DNA of 64,000 nucleotides. Origin: Vicugna vicugna. Its lineage: Eukaryota. Below, one piece after another: positions 1 to 12,980 of the stretch. The notes below the pieces were generated by a model. The model searched no databases and was not told the DNA's origin. It worked only from the letters and a program-made list of their open reading frames with translations. The position numbers and the translations under genes are program-made. Each line of letters opens with the position of its first letter. The first letter of the stretch is position 1. Where the stretch lies: assembly GCA_013265495.1 (NCBI GenBank), contig MU058423.1, forward strand, positions 3,921,061 through 3,985,060. Reading direction: 5' to 3'.

Positions 1-59
1 TGCCAGAGAACAGTGGAAGCTTACAGATGGATTTCTCCAGTCACTACCTGCTGTGTCTT

Positions 60-470
60 CTCTCTCATTAATTTCATAGTTTTGAGTTTCTTCTCTTTGC
101 TTTTCCTAGTAGTCCCAATAATGCTACCTCCAAATGATAATGCTGCATACCTTTTTGCAATGTTTATCACTCATATTTACTTTTCTTGTCATATTACATT
201 GTTCAGATCTTTCAGAACAATGTTGAGTAACATAATTGACTTCAGAAAATTTTAATTTGATTCTGACAGTGTTTTAAATATGTTTTCAATTGTCTTCAGC
301 TTGATATTCTTTATCATGTTAAGGAAGTATCCCTTAGCATCTCATTCACTTACAGTTGCATCAGAAGCATATGTTACATTTTATTAAGTGTGTTTTTTGG
401 ACACCTCTTGAGATGATCCATTGGTTTTTTGGTTCTTTATGCTATTAATGTGAGAAAATGTTATGTATTT
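60..470 (-). mobile_element. Ancient L1 (L1M-type) ORF2 fragment
   Basis: T-rich degenerate sequence with L1-antisense-like motifs (cagaacaatgttgagtaa, ttatcatgttaaggaagtatccc, gagatgatcc). Boundaries approximate. Confidence 0.55.
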
Positions 471-1883
471 TATTTTAAATAAGATCTATAACCTAAATAT
501 CCTGAAGATGATAGAATGTCCTTATTATTTTAAATGATTTTTAAAACTTGCTCTGGAAAGGAATACCAAATATTGTTGCTTATAGTAATTCATTGTTTTT
601 TAAGTAATAGAGATGAATGGAAGAATGCAAGATGAGATGCATCGTCTTATGATGTCATAGATAATAAGATAATTTAATAGAATAATACCTATTTAATAGA
701 AAAATTACGATTGTTCATCATTTTCTTATGGGACATTTACTTGATTCATGTGTGGCATTCATTTGTCAAATTGCATATTTTCTGAATTTCAGCAGTATTC
801 ACACATTAAGTTATGTGTGTATACATTTTTACTTTTCTCTGTATTTTTGTTACACAGCTGCATTCAAACGAGTATTTTTCAAAGCAGGGGAACTTAAGCT
901 TCCAGCTCTGTCATCTAACTTTTAATTCAGTAGGATGTAGTAAACTTTGTTGTGTTTTACATAATTGTCACAATGCCAGTAGCGGTGATATTTAAATGTT
1001 GCTAATACTGACAGGGTATGAGATAGTCTGATGTCATAAATTGATGCTCACCTTTCTCTCTAATTAGTTGTGATCATTATAGATTATTTCATGTCGCTAA
1101 TATTTGCTTCCTTTGTTCTAAATTTATATTACTAAAAGATAGCAGGATTTAAAGTTTATAATGAAAATTGAGAAAATTGTTAATTTTTAAATATACAAGT
1201 TTTTAAAATAATAACTGACTATATTACTAACTCCACTATCATCCTTAATACTGAAATATATTTATATCTATGAGTTGCATTATAGTTCTTGTAAAAAGAT
1301 TAAATGTTATTTTTTCACAAGAAAGAGAGGATGTAAGTAAATAAACATAAATTACAACATTTAACTTAAATTCAGTTAATCATTATGTTTTTCTTCAGTT
1401 TTCTTTTATATGGGAGGTAAAATTTTTTGGCATAGTAAAAATGTCTTTACCTCTGTCGTTCTCCTTCCAAATTTCTATCTGATAATGTGGCAAAGGCAGC
1501 CTTCTGAAAACCAGCAAAGTGAATGCTATAGTGAAAGTATGTTTTTCTGATTTCCATCAGCCATCAATGTCTCGCAGCTCATTTTCCTAGTAGAATGTTT
1601 GATGACTGTAAGGGTGAGATGAGTTTAAAAGGAGAAGACATGCTGCCTGCCCTCCAGCACCGTATACACCAGCCCAGCAGGGAGCACTTTTAATGCTCAG
1701 TGGTGATCTCCTCTGGGGGTTGTACAATGGTACTGAAAGCCTCGTGGTTCGTATTAAGTTGGCATTGGGGTGTCGAGGAAAATGTTATGGAGGCTGACAA
1801 ATCTGAACGTAAAGGTTGCTCCCATCCCCCTCCTCTGGTAACCGGCCCCACTAATTGTATCTAGCATTATCTTCTATTACCTC

Positions 1884-1916
1884 TGTGTTAGATTTTTCTT
1901 CAGAGAAACAGAATAA

Positions 1917-1950
<34 letters not shown>

Positions 1951-2025
1951 ATAAGGAACTGGCTTATGCATTTATGAAGGTTGGTAAGTCCCAAGATCTT
2001 TAGGGTGAGTGGGCAAGCTGGCCCT
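1884..2025. mobile_element. ERVL LTR fragment (MLT2-like) carrying a (TG)n tract
   Basis: cagagaaacagaa-(TG)n-ataaggaactggcttatgcatttatgaaggttggtaagtcccaagatct resembles the recalled MLT2 LTR end. Confidence 0.65.
1919..1948. repeat. (TG)15 microsatellite
   Basis: Seen directly. Confidence 0.97.
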
Positions 2026-2429
2026 GGCAATGTAACCACAAATAGCATAGGACTAGCTTTCTGGTAGTGGGAGGCAGATATTAAGTGGTTATAGTACAAC
2101 ATCATATTTTACTAGAAGGCTGAGAAAGTACTTTCAAAGTCCAGATGATGTGAAAAATCACTATTTTTTATCATGCAGACGCAAAGAAGATTTTGTCAAA
2201 TGAGTCACTTTTTTTTCTTTTTAATCTGCTTGTAAATGAGTAACCAGGTAAATTAGCAGTTTCAAGTTAGGGGAAACATTTAGAGTAGATGGACTACAAA
2301 AGACAGAGTTATGAATGAGAAGAATATGTTTGGGGAATGTGAGAAGGTCCAAGTGTCTATAGCGTACGGCTTGTGAGTATTTGGGAATTCTCCTCATAGG
2401 CAATAGGAACCAGCAGAAGGATGACATGT

Positions 2430-3000
2430 CTTCCTTCCCTTTTAAAAAGTAATTCTGGGAATGGTATGGAAGATGGCTTTAAACAGGAAGAGAAAGTAGG
2501 AGAGGGAGTAGTTAAGAAAGTCATTGTCACAATTTAGTTGAGATATATTGAGGGCTTGAATTAGGTAGTGAGAAGAGAGAATGAAACCTGCATTTTTTGA
2601 GGAGGTATTTTTAAGGTTGAATCAACAGAAATTGGTCACAGTGTCAGGGAAGGAGAAATTGGAGCAGATGAGAGGTTAAGAGAAAATGAATATGTAGAGG
2701 GTGTCAAAGAGAGGGAAAAATTCATTGTGGCTCTTGAGTTTCTTGGCTGGAAGTTGGAGTGAATGGTGATGGATTGAAATCAGAATTTGATTAGAATCAG
2801 ATATGTTGCATCAGGGTTTCATACATAGCTGCTCTGTTGCTTATTGAAAGTCAGCCTTCAACAGTGTTTTTTTTTTAAGAATCAGCTGGTTAGGAAAGAT
2901 GTGGAGTTGCGTTTTGTATGTGCAGCATTTGAGATGCCTGAGAAATGCTTGGGGATGCAGATCTGCAGGGTGGGGGGGATGCCCAGGCTAGATGGAGGCA
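2430..3000 (-). mobile_element. L2 LINE fragments
   Basis: Purine-rich degenerate L2-like motifs (gagggcttgaattaggtagtg, gagtttcttggctggaag, tttgagatgcctgagaaat). Boundaries approximate. Confidence 0.5.
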
Positions 3001-4154
3001 TGTGGTCCTTCGTCCCCTGTGGAGCCAGGTCACAAGAGGGGCAGTCAGAGAGCCTGTTCAGTTACAAGGAGCCCCAGGAGCATCAACATGCCTTACTCTA
3101 TAAATATTTGATTGCGTGATTAATTATAGTAATTACGGACCCTCTCTGAAGCAAAAGAAATGGAAACATTTTATTTGAGAAATCTATGAAATTCCATCCA
3201 AGTTCTCATAAGTAAACTGTAATATATCAAAGCAGGTTACTAAAATGAAATCCCTTATGTATAACTGCATGGCCAAGCAAGTGACATTAGAGGGGTGACC
3301 TGTATTGGATCCTCAGTTCTCATCTTCAGGCAGCCCAGCCCCATAATTGGTCTTGCTGTGTCCACTCTTGCTTCATTGCAGGGAATTCTCTGCATAGTAG
3401 CCACAGAGATTTTTTTTTCCTTTCTTTTGTCAACTAAATGGGATGCCAATCCCGGTATAAGCGTTCACCTCTTTCCTTGGCCCCTGCCGGCCTCTCCTCC
3501 CTCATCTCCCACGTCTCCCCGCTTCGCTCACTGGGCTCCAGCTAAAGGATTCTTCTTTCTGTTCCTGTTTTGGGGCCTATGTATATGGTAGATGCTCAAT
3601 AAACATGAAATGAATGAGTGACTCCCCCTTGTAGGTTTACTGTGAGAAGTAAATGTGAAAAAAATACGCAAAGAGTCAGTGTGCTTTGTACATCAGAGGG
3701 ATGCAATAAATACCTCTTTTGATCGTTTTTGTCCTTGTGTTACTCAGTCTATGAACCTGATATTTATCCTCTTCTGCTCCAGTCTCCCTTTTCAGCTCTT
3801 CTCATCCAGCCAACTTACTGTCTGGTTGGTACATCCCCTTGTGAGTTGACATCTATCTTCTCTTTAGTTGGCACGTGATAGGACTTCATCTAATTCCCTG
3901 GGCTTTTTCATACATGTCCTTTCCTGGGTAACCTCATTTCTTGTTGTGCTTAAATCATCGTTTATAGATTTCCTGGTCGCAAGGACACCGAGCATGTAAC
4001 AACCTTCCTGCAATGAAATTCCCCAAAGAATGGGAACCCTCTAGAGATTCAGTCCCAAGACCACCACAACACTCTTCACCACTCATAAAATGTTATCCTG
4101 ATCACATCATTATTATGTGCATTTGGAATCAACAATTTGTAAGTTAGAGCCAAG

Positions 4155-4350
4155 ACTTACTGAACATCGACTCTGGGCCAGGCGAAGTCCTAAGCACCTT
4201 ACATAAATTACCTCACTTTACGAATTTGATGTTATTAGTATTCCTGTTTTGTACTTACTGACTTGCCCAAGGTCACCCTGCTAGTGATTTGCAAGTTAGG
4301 ATTTAAGCCCAGGTGGTCTAATTTCAGATTCCTGTCCCTCAACTGTGCTT
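4155..4350 (-). mobile_element. MIR SINE
   Basis: Core motif gacttgcccaaggtcac...aggatttaagcccagg is the reverse complement of the MIR core. Confidence 0.75.
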
Positions 4351-4674
4351 TTATATTCTACAGTCTCTCAGTAACAGTTCCCGGGTCATAGAGTTAATTT
4401 TTATTCTTTAGTGTTTGATTTAAAATTTTTTAAAATAATATGCAGTCCCAGTTTAAAAAAAATGAAAATTTCCAATAGTTCCTTTCTACCATTCTACCCT
4501 ACTACTTCAAGTCTCATTTAACTTATGGCAACTACTGTTAACAACATTTTCTGAATTTTTTCCTTATGGAAGATTTTTCTTTTTAACCTCTTGTGTGATC
4601 TTCCTCTCAGCTTTTGTCTTTGGAAAGGTCAACTTATTCTTAATTAGTTGTTGGAAGTGTTAAATACAAATGGT

Positions 4675-4676
<2 letters not shown>

Positions 4677-4706
<30 letters not shown>
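4677..4706. repeat. (AC)15 microsatellite
   Basis: Seen directly. Confidence 0.97.
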
Positions 4707-4709
<3 letters not shown>

Positions 4710-5729
4710 TCACGTTGACCCTAAGAGAAAGATATTCCACCCATGTCCCAGGCAGACTTCTAAAATTAATTAAATTGTTACCTGTTTGGTATCTATTTAC
4801 CTGAGTTTCTGCCTGAAGGTGACCTAGTTTTATTCTAAAACTCCAGGCTGATGAACTCTTCAAGTTCCCAGGACCGAAGCCAGTATTTGACAATTCCTGT
4901 ATTGACTGCGTCACCTTGATGCTCAGGGAGAAATGAACAATGGCCCGTCCTGGCTAAGAAAATGGGTTTTGGTGCTCTTATCAATGCCTGACTGTAGGGA
5001 CTCAAGAATCAAACGTCTTCTGAACAATGTGAAGAGAGTTTTGTTTCTAGATCATTATTTTTTCTCACCTTCTCCCTTCCTGAAGAAGAACTCTCTAATT
5101 TTTAATCAGCAACACAAAAACGCCCTCTATGGAAATGGCCGTGCCTTTCAGCGTGCAGCAGAACGTTTTCCTGAAAAGTGAGGCCGCCAGAAGCACAGAG
5201 CAGAGAAATCCCAGATGGCACTAATATTTGATTTCATTTTTAGCACGCTCATATTCAGCAGATGGATTGGAAGGCTGACCTCGCTGACACTTCTGCATCA
5301 CTGCCTGCTACTCCGATCGCCTTTGTGAATGTTTTTTCATAAGGCTCCTCCTGGTACCTGAGAGATCGATGCCTGCTCGCCCGCCTGTGTTACGCTTCAT
5401 TACACCGAGGCTTCGTGTGGTTGAGAGTCGCTGTGCTCCGTAAAAGGGGACTCCTAGCTCATCAGTATCCCGGACTTTGCCAACATTCCCTCAAATCGCT
5501 TGTAACATCTCAGAGAGCATCGTGTTAGCGTTCTAGGTGCACCTCTGATTTGTATCCACTTTAACCTTCTTTCCTAATTTTGCTGCCTTCTTCTGTGACA
5601 TAGACAGATTAAGAATAATATTTTTAAAAATCCTCTGGACATGGCTAACCTTAACTGTTTCCAACATACCTATTAGACCCTACATCTAATTATATTAAGG
5701 TGAACATTGTTGAATTCCTCCTTTCACTA

Positions 5730-5940
5730 TAGCTTTGGTGACTAAGAGCGCAGATGTGGGTTGGACTTCCAGCTCTGCTATTTCCTTTAGTTTAGAGTAA
5801 GTCTCAGTTTGCCTCTTTGTAAACTAGTGATGTTATTGGCGCCTAGCAGTTAGGACTGGTGTGAAGGATAAGTGAGGGGTAGTGAACACATCATGTTTTT
5901 ATCACAGTATCAGCACAGCGTAAATGCGCAGTGAATGTCA
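5730..5940 (+). mobile_element. MIR SINE
   Basis: ggtgactaagagcgcag...ctcagtttgcctctttgtaaa...gtgaaggataagtgag follows MIR consensus order. Confidence 0.6.
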
Positions 5941-6545
5941 GTTTGCAGTATGTTTAATTTTTTTGCATGTTGTATGATATAAATAAAATATAAATGATAA
6001 AATAATTCAGTTTTTATTTGGATTGCAAGGAAAGTGAATTGTTGGTTAGGGAGGAAGTTTTTAATGATCGGATGATGCTTTGTTTCAAAACTTTTGAAAA
6101 GATTTTATTCACTTTTAGAGATCATTACCTAATCCACAGAGACGGGCCATCAGAAATGCAGCACCCTCTTCCCCTCCTTCCCACCTTCTCCAGCCGGTTT
6201 CTGTTTCAAGTGTTGTGAGGAGAAAAGAAACTTGCACAGCGTGAATATCCAGCAGGTTTTGTGCTTTTCCTGACAGGTTAACCTACATGGCCGTTCTGTA
6301 AAGTTTCCCAGGAACGCTCAGCTCTGAGGAGGATTGGATTGTTTAAATCTTTACACGTCGCCTGTTCTCACACAAGCAGATTTGATGCAAAACGTACTTT
6401 GGCTTAGAAAACACTGCACGTTTAATAGCCCCTTTGCCTGAATCAGCTCTCTGCCTGCTATGTGGATGAATTGAGGTTTTAGATGACTGGACTGCCGCTG
6501 CGTTGGGAACCTTCCTTGAGGACGTTCCTTTTTCCCTTTGTGTAG

Positions 6546-6647
6546 GTCTAACATAAGGCCAGACCATGCCGACTCCAACTTCCATGAGTTCAAGATGCAC
6601 ACCTTCAACCGGGTGACATCCTGCAAGGTCTGCCAGATGCTCCTGAG
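6546..6647 (+). CDS. VAV3: VAV3 coding exon (approx. exon 16): end of PH domain and first half of C1/zinc-finger domain
   Basis: Acceptor ttttccctttgtgtAG at 6544-6545 and donor GTACGT at 6648. The 102 bp (1 nt + 33 codons + 2 nt) translate to SNIRPDHADSNFHEFKMHTFNRVTSCKVCQMLL(R), recognisable as VAV3. Confidence 0.97.
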
Positions 6648-6933
6648 GTACGTTTGCCTGGTCTTGCTCTTCAATTTTAAGGAACCAGTGTACTTGCTAA
6701 ATGTTTCAGACGTTTCTGAGGTCCTGGCCAGAAGGTTCTCCCGGGGGGATATCATCGCCTTACCATTTGGACCCAGCAGGTCTTTCCTTGGCCTTGGACC
6801 CAGACGGTTCTCTCCCTCGCACGAAGGGGCTCTGCGTACCTCTGTGTTCCCGAGTTTTCCTTTCCGGCACTAATGCTTTCCTGGAGGCAGAATTTAGCAC
6901 CTTTTAACCTGTCACTCTTATTTTACCTCGCAG

Positions 6934-7034
6934 GGGAACATTTTATCAAGGCTATTTGTGCTTTAAGTGTGGCGCAAGAGCGCACAAGGAATGTTTGGGG
7001 AGAGTAGACAATTGTGGCCGAGTTAATTCTGCTG
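6934..7034 (+). CDS. VAV3: VAV3 coding exon (approx. exon 17): second half of C1 domain
   Basis: Acceptor ttttacctcgcAG, donor GTAAGT at 7035, 101 bp, in phase with the previous exon. Encodes [33 protein letters not shown]. Joined to the previous exon it gives the C1 pattern H-x12-C-x2-C-x13-C-x2-C-x4-H-x2-C-x6-C. Confidence 0.97.
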
Positions 7035-9019
7035 GTAAGTCATGTTTATCATTGTGATTCTGCTTTTAATGAGAACATAAAACTTGCTAAACATAATTAA
7101 GGCCTAATTTGCTCTTAATATGTGTTTATTATAACGTATCAGCCTTGGAAACCATGGTTTATGAGCACAATTAGAAAATAATGTGAAATTCTTGTGACGT
7201 TTATATGTTCCTGGGAGGCTGAGGGCTTCAAGAGGGGCCTGGAAGGTTCTATGCCACCCATTTCATTCACCCCAACCCTTAAATCTCATCAGCACTGTAT
7301 AAATACAACCAGAGCACACAAACGGAGTTGCATAACCAAAACAAACAAAAATACTTCACTTCTGTCTTCCGTCCTGAAGTTTCTCCCCTGTTCTCTTAAA
7401 TATTCATCTCAGAAATGCTAATGCTGCTAGGAGTACACATCGCACAGATTAATTCGTGAATTAATGAGTTGAATACATTGTCATTTTTGAGCATTTAACA
7501 AAGAGCATGTATCCTTTGGATTTTGTGTAAATATTTTCCCCTTGGTTTTTAAAAACAATACTTGGTGACCATGACCTGAGCTGGTTTCGAAAGCTGGTGG
7601 CGATTATGCATTCGGTAGCCTTTAGCCTCTCTCTGTGCCTCCCGAGCCCTCTTCATTCTATTTCTTTTCTGGCCTCTTTCTTCTTTCTCTTTCTTCTTCT
7701 TTCTCTTTGTCCTTTTCCCTCGAGTTTCTCTGTGTTTTATCAATAAGACCTTTCAAAATCAGTGAAACTTTTGAACAGAAGAAAAGGATCTTGAACAGCT
7801 TAAGTTCAAAAGGTAGCCGTGTCAACCTTTGATTTTCCCAAAGGGAAAGGTGGACAGTGAATTATTTGGAATAATACGAAGAGGAGTGAAACAGAGAATA
7901 ATAGCTCATTTCAGAGCTGAGTTCAGAAAATAGGCAGTTGTACAAAAGGTGTGAATCCTATTAGAGGCCTGAGATCACAGCACAGCCCTCTCCCTCGGCC
8001 CCTTCAGTGGACGTATTTTCATGGCCCCATGAGCCGTTCTCGACGCCAGGCGTGGGCACCTGCAGGAGAAGGAGCCGGACATTAGTTGAGCACCTGCACT
8101 GTGCCTGCCCCGCCTGCCCGGAACCGTTCAGTCCTTGGAACAGCCCTTCCCCATTTCTGATGTTTCTGTTGGGGGTCATGGTGCTTATGCACCTCGCTCA
8201 AGGCCTGTCAGGCAACGGAGACAAGATTAGCACCTAACAATGTTTCCGAAGGTCAGAAATGGTTTACAAAGTTGTAAACTAGACAAGAAATATCATATTA
8301 TTAGTGCTTAATTGCCTAGCTGATACAGTGTATCGCTTAAATTTCTGTTGTTCCATGTTTATGTGCCCCGTCCTCTCATCTCTTTGAGGACAATTAACGT
8401 GTTCTTTGCTTACGGTCGGTGAATGGATTTTTATGAACCTCATAGCTCTGTCTTACGAATTTCAGTCTTGTGAGGAGTATAAAGTGACCCCATGGTTGTC
8501 AGGGTTCTTGCCTCCTAAGGGAATAGTGTAGGGAGAGTAGCTGACCATCGGGCAAAGATGGTTGAAAAAAAAAGCTCTGCTGTTAGCTAGCTGCATGAGC
8601 CTCGAGAAGTTACCTAAACATCCAGAGCTGTGAAATAGAAACTAGAGGACTGTGGTGAGGTTCACCTAGAATCACCTTGATGCATAGCAGAGTGCCTGGG
8701 CACAACCAGAACTCAGTGTTTTAATCCCAGGTGTCAGGTTGAGAAGCCAGTTTTTTTTAAAGGAATGAGTTTAGTCTGCATCGTGATTGTTTTTATGGTT
8801 GAGCAAATGTGTGCAGAGAAATTAGTGAGCGCCAGTCGTTGAAGTGATACACAAGAATGACATTAAAAGGACTTCAAATTTTTAACTTTTTTGGTTAAAA
8901 ACAAGTCAATAGGAAACAGTTGGGAATTCCTGGTCTACCCAGATGCAAGAGTGGGCTATTCCCTAAGCCATCGTTTCAGCGCCCTCTCCTGGTGGGTGAG
9001 TCGCTCTGTGCAGGGAGAC

Positions 9020-9180
9020 AGCATGAGAGGCATTAAACCTGGCAGCTCTGGAGGCTTGGTCTGGTTGGAATGCGGCTCCACAATTTATGTACTAGGTGAC
9101 CTTGGTCCCCAGTTACTTAGCTTTTTTTAAGCCTTAGTTTCTTCCCTTGTAAAATAGGGGTGATAATAGCAGCTAGCCTT
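9020..9180 (+). mobile_element. MIR SINE
   Basis: gctctggagg...gtgaccttggtcccagttacttagc...ccttagtttcttcccttgtaaaatagggg. Confidence 0.7.
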
Positions 9181-9194
9181 TAAAGTTTTTTTTT

Positions 9195-9400
9195 TTAATA
9201 AATACTTCTATAGTGCCAGGTACTGCTCTGAGTGCTTTAGCACTGCTGGCTCACTTAGTCCTGTAAAAGTTCTGTAAAGTTGGTATTGTTGCTGTTCTTA
9301 CCTTACAGATGAGACACATGCCCAGAAAACTAAGTAACGTGTCTACCTTGCTTAATTAGTAGAGCCGACATTCCAGACAGGCCAGCTCCTGAGCTTGTTC
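9195..9400 (-). mobile_element. MIR SINE
   Basis: gtgccaggtactgctctgagtgcttta...ccttacagatgagacac...taagtaacgtgtc is the reverse complement of MIR. Confidence 0.65.
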
Positions 9401-10339
9401 TTAAGCCCCGGGCCGGCGACCAGTCCTGTGAATTAGCTGTGCGCCAAACGCACAGCCCCCATCCCACGTACATGATCAAGTGCTGGGTCTTCTCTGTGAA
9501 AGGGAGAGATTTTCTAATCTGCTTTTAAATTCAGTTAAGTTAGTAACTACCCAATGTCTTTGGTTTTAAATGTTCTGAAGTGCTGCAAGAAATTCAGGCA
9601 CCTCTGGGAACTGCGCCTGCCCTTTCCCCGCGGAGTGTCTCGGCTCGAGGAAAGGTAGACACCTTCAGCTCTCGGGCCTCTTGTCTTTAGATGAGGAAAC
9701 TGAGTCATAAAAATATGAAAATAAGGGAGCTAAGAATTACACCATGTGTCTTGCAGATTATAGATAATGTTTACTTACACTCATTCATTAAAAGGCAGCC
9801 CCATTCTCTAAACTTTGTTATTTAATTCACTATAAAGCAGGAAGACGTGTTTTGAAACCCTCGGCTAAATTTGCTTCTTGCAGCTTGGAACATGATTCTC
9901 TTGCCTTCTTGATTCTCTCTCTGCCTTGCATCCTTGTGTTGCCCTTTGTTCTCCCTCTGTTTTGCACATCTGTGTCCTTATTCTCATCCTCTCTCCTCTT
10001 TCTGTCCTTTTGTGCTGAAGATATGTAAGAGACTGATGCATTGAATGCTCATGGTCAGTTAATTGGTGATGTGAAGTGGCGAGAACCTGCCCAAGAGGCT
10101 TCCCTTCTCTGCCTTTAGATTAGGATTTTCTGTGCAGCCCTTAGAAATAAAGGGACTGTGTCATCGAAGAGAGGAGGAATTTCCATCACAGCTCTGTCTG
10201 CAGCCTTCTCTCCCTGACTCCCAATCAGATAACCCTCTGAAAGTTGGAAGTCATGGCATCCTCTCTGCTACCTGCCACCCCTTCCTGCCCTGGTGTAGGT
10301 GGGAATCACGGGTAGAGTGTGAGTTTGAGCTTAGCAGGT

Positions 10340-10400
10340 GATGAGTGTGGTAAACAGGTAGGATTTTGAGATGAGTGTGGTAAAATGGGTAGGATTTTGC
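10340..10400. repeat. Imperfect ~30-bp tandem duplication
   Basis: gatgagtgtggtaaacaggtaggattttga followed by gatgagtgtggtaaaatgggtaggattttgc. Confidence 0.9.
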
Positions 10401-11431
10401 GGACACGGGCAAGCTAGACTTTAGGGGCTGTTTCCCAGCAGGCAGAGAACCCCAGTTTCCAATATTTCTTTCAGTTTAGCACAGGCCTCTGTTTCCACCT
10501 CCAGGAGTCATTGCTTGCAGCAGTTCAGCAAGGTGATTTTCTGTGAGTGGCATGATTGGAGAAAAGCAGGTGTAGGGGAGGAGGGCAGGAGGAAGGACAT
10601 GGTATATCAGAGGCTGGAGACACAGTTTACTTGATTGGGGCTTTTGTATGGAGGACGGAACTCAAGAGGGAACTTGGCTTTGGAGGAAATCATCCCAGCT
10701 CCCATATTTAAAGCAAGTGAATAGTATTGATTTAAGGCAAACTTACATTCTTACGTAATCCAGGTTCCCCCATAAAATTAAATCATAGGTGATAAGAGAT
10801 GGTTGATCCCAACCTTACAGAGCTTTATGGCGCCACTGGTTAATACAGTCTAACTGTATTCTCCTCAAGAGACAAAAAGAGATTCCAGCTGGCACACTGT
10901 GAGATAGGAGTCCACTTGTGGTCCGGAAAACCGTGGCTAGTAGAAATAGCTAAGTTGTTATAAATGTTGGATAGTGGGGTGGAAGACCATTCCCAAAAGT
11001 GGAGCATCTTAATTCAGCATTGTACGTATTTATGGATAAGGAAATGGTCAGTTGGAGAAGAGGTACTGGTTGTACAAAATGACGCAGTAACCCAGGGGCT
11101 GACCGAAGGCTACAGAATCTTCCAGTCCATCTTGTAACTGCCATTTCCACTGGTCACCACATTGTGGGCTGTACCCTACTTGACTTTTCTCTATCACTTG
11201 GCACTGTTAACCATTCCCCTTCACATCCCCCCACACCCCCGTGTCATCCTTTGGACATCTGATTAATTTCTCTGGCATTAGCTATAACCTACAGCCCAGG
11301 CAGGGAAGGCTCCATTTCCACTTAAGGCTTTTCTCCTAAACTTTGGATTCAAAACTTCCATCTTCCTCTCTCATATCCCTTTCCAGGTGTCCTCCAGGGA
11401 CCCCAACTTTTACATAACTAAAACCAACCTC

Positions 11432-11556
11432 CGTGGGAGGATATAGCGTGGTAGAGTGCATGCTTAGCATGCACGAGGTCCTGAGTTCAATCTCTGTACC
11501 TCCATTAAATAAATGAGTAAGCCTAAGTACCACCCACCCACCCCCGAAAAAAGGAA
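11432..11556 (+). mobile_element. tRNA-Ala(AGC)-derived SINE (camelid vic-1-like) with 12-bp target-site duplication
   Basis: Head tggtagagtgcatgcttagcatgcacgaggtcctgagttcaatc (A box, AGC anticodon arm, B box) and an A-rich tail. Exact TSD aaaaccaacctc at 11420-11431 and 11557-11568. Confidence 0.9.
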
Positions 11557-12629
11557 AAAACCAACCTCATTGGTCACTACCATCAGCTTCCTCCTCCTCT
11601 TCCTCACCTTAGTTAAAGGTCCACCATCCACTCACCCAAGCCTGGGTGTCAGTCTTGACTTACCCCCTCCCTTATCTTCATCCACTTACCTGTTCTTCTT
11701 AGTCCTCCTCCTAGGTTGCTCCAGAATCCACTGATAAGGTATTGCTACGGATTAAAAATAACTCACTGTCTATTGTTCGGACAATTACAGGTCTTCTCCC
11801 TGCTGTTAATTTCGCATTGTCTCTGTACAATTTCCAACATTATCTTCACTAAAATCAAGTCTGATGGGTCATTCTCCTGCTCACTATACTTTCTGTTCCT
11901 CACAGAATAATGTTCAAGTTTCAATTAGATTGCAAACCTCTTGCTGATAAGAACCATGCCTAACTGATATTCTGACCTCTGGAAAGCCATGATGGACAGA
12001 TGAGTGAGTGGACAGACCGATAAACAGATGGACAGGTTAATGAGTAGAACTGTAGTGTACCGGGACTGCTGGGCCCTGGAAGTCACTAGTGTCCTAGAAC
12101 CAGAAGCTGGAGGCTGTGGGAGATTGGACAGGGTCTGGTTTTATCTTTGCAGAGACTAGAGCGTGAGTGTGTGTGGGGTAAGTGGACTAAAAACCTGATC
12201 TGAATCCCTGGCTGGTACCTTAAGGATGGAAGACAGAAAGCTGGGTAGACCTTTCGCATTCCTTTCTAGCGTTTATTCAAGGAAAAATTCAGGCCCTGAA
12301 CATCAATCATCAGGCCTTTGACAAGGGACCCTTGGGTTAGGTTAATAAGTAGCTAGAGAATGAACCAGCTCATAGAACACTGGGTGACAAAAATACCTGT
12401 TTCTGGAGAAATCTACTCCCTGTTCCAGTCAGTCCCATCTTTAGCATTCTTACTTGGTTTTTACTGTTTCCTCTCCCTGAAATATGCTCCCTTTTCTCCC
12501 TGCAGTTTCGAGATCTACCCTTCTTTTACTTCCTCTCCAAGCGCTTTGCCAGTCATCTAGCCTCGCCCTGACCACCCAGCAGTGGTCTGCACTCAGTTAT
12601 TCTCTAATTAGTTTGTGCATAGGTTTTAT

Positions 12630-12980
12630 GTGTTCGCCAAGGTCAGGCTGTGTTGTAGTAACTGGAAAAAAACCCAAAATCCCAGTGGCTTTAACACACC
12701 AGAGCTTATTTTTCGCACATGCACTGTCTGCTGTGGGTTCCTCCCTTCTAAGCAATGACTTGAGGACCCAAGCTCGTTCTGTCTGGTGACTCTGTCATTT
12801 CAACACATGGCTTCCGGGATTGCTGTTCTTAGGACCTGTGGACTGGAAGTGAGCAATTCCACTTTTTTTTTATAGCATCAAAAATCCATTTGTCAAAACC
12901 AGTGACATGACCTCAACTTAACTACAAGGGGGACCGGACAAGTAGTGGAACATAAGGACTGTCTGGTGAGCGTCTGTGCC
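12630..12980. mobile_element. MaLR LTR (old MLT1 subfamily)
   Basis: ggctgtgttgtagtaac...cccaaaatcccagtggctttaacac...ccatttgtcaaaaccagtgacatgacctcaacttaactacaaggg are typical MLT1 motifs. Confidence 0.7.

Noticed and set aside
6538..6873. 111-aa ORF as a standalone gene or extended exon
   Set aside because: Only 6546-6647 is VAV3-like. The rest is read-through into a 286-bp intron with good splice sites, and retention would cut the C1 domain in half and add a premature stop.
10340..10400. CRISPR-like or functional repeat array
   Set aside because: Only two adjacent copies with no spacer, in eukaryotic DNA; a simple slippage duplication.
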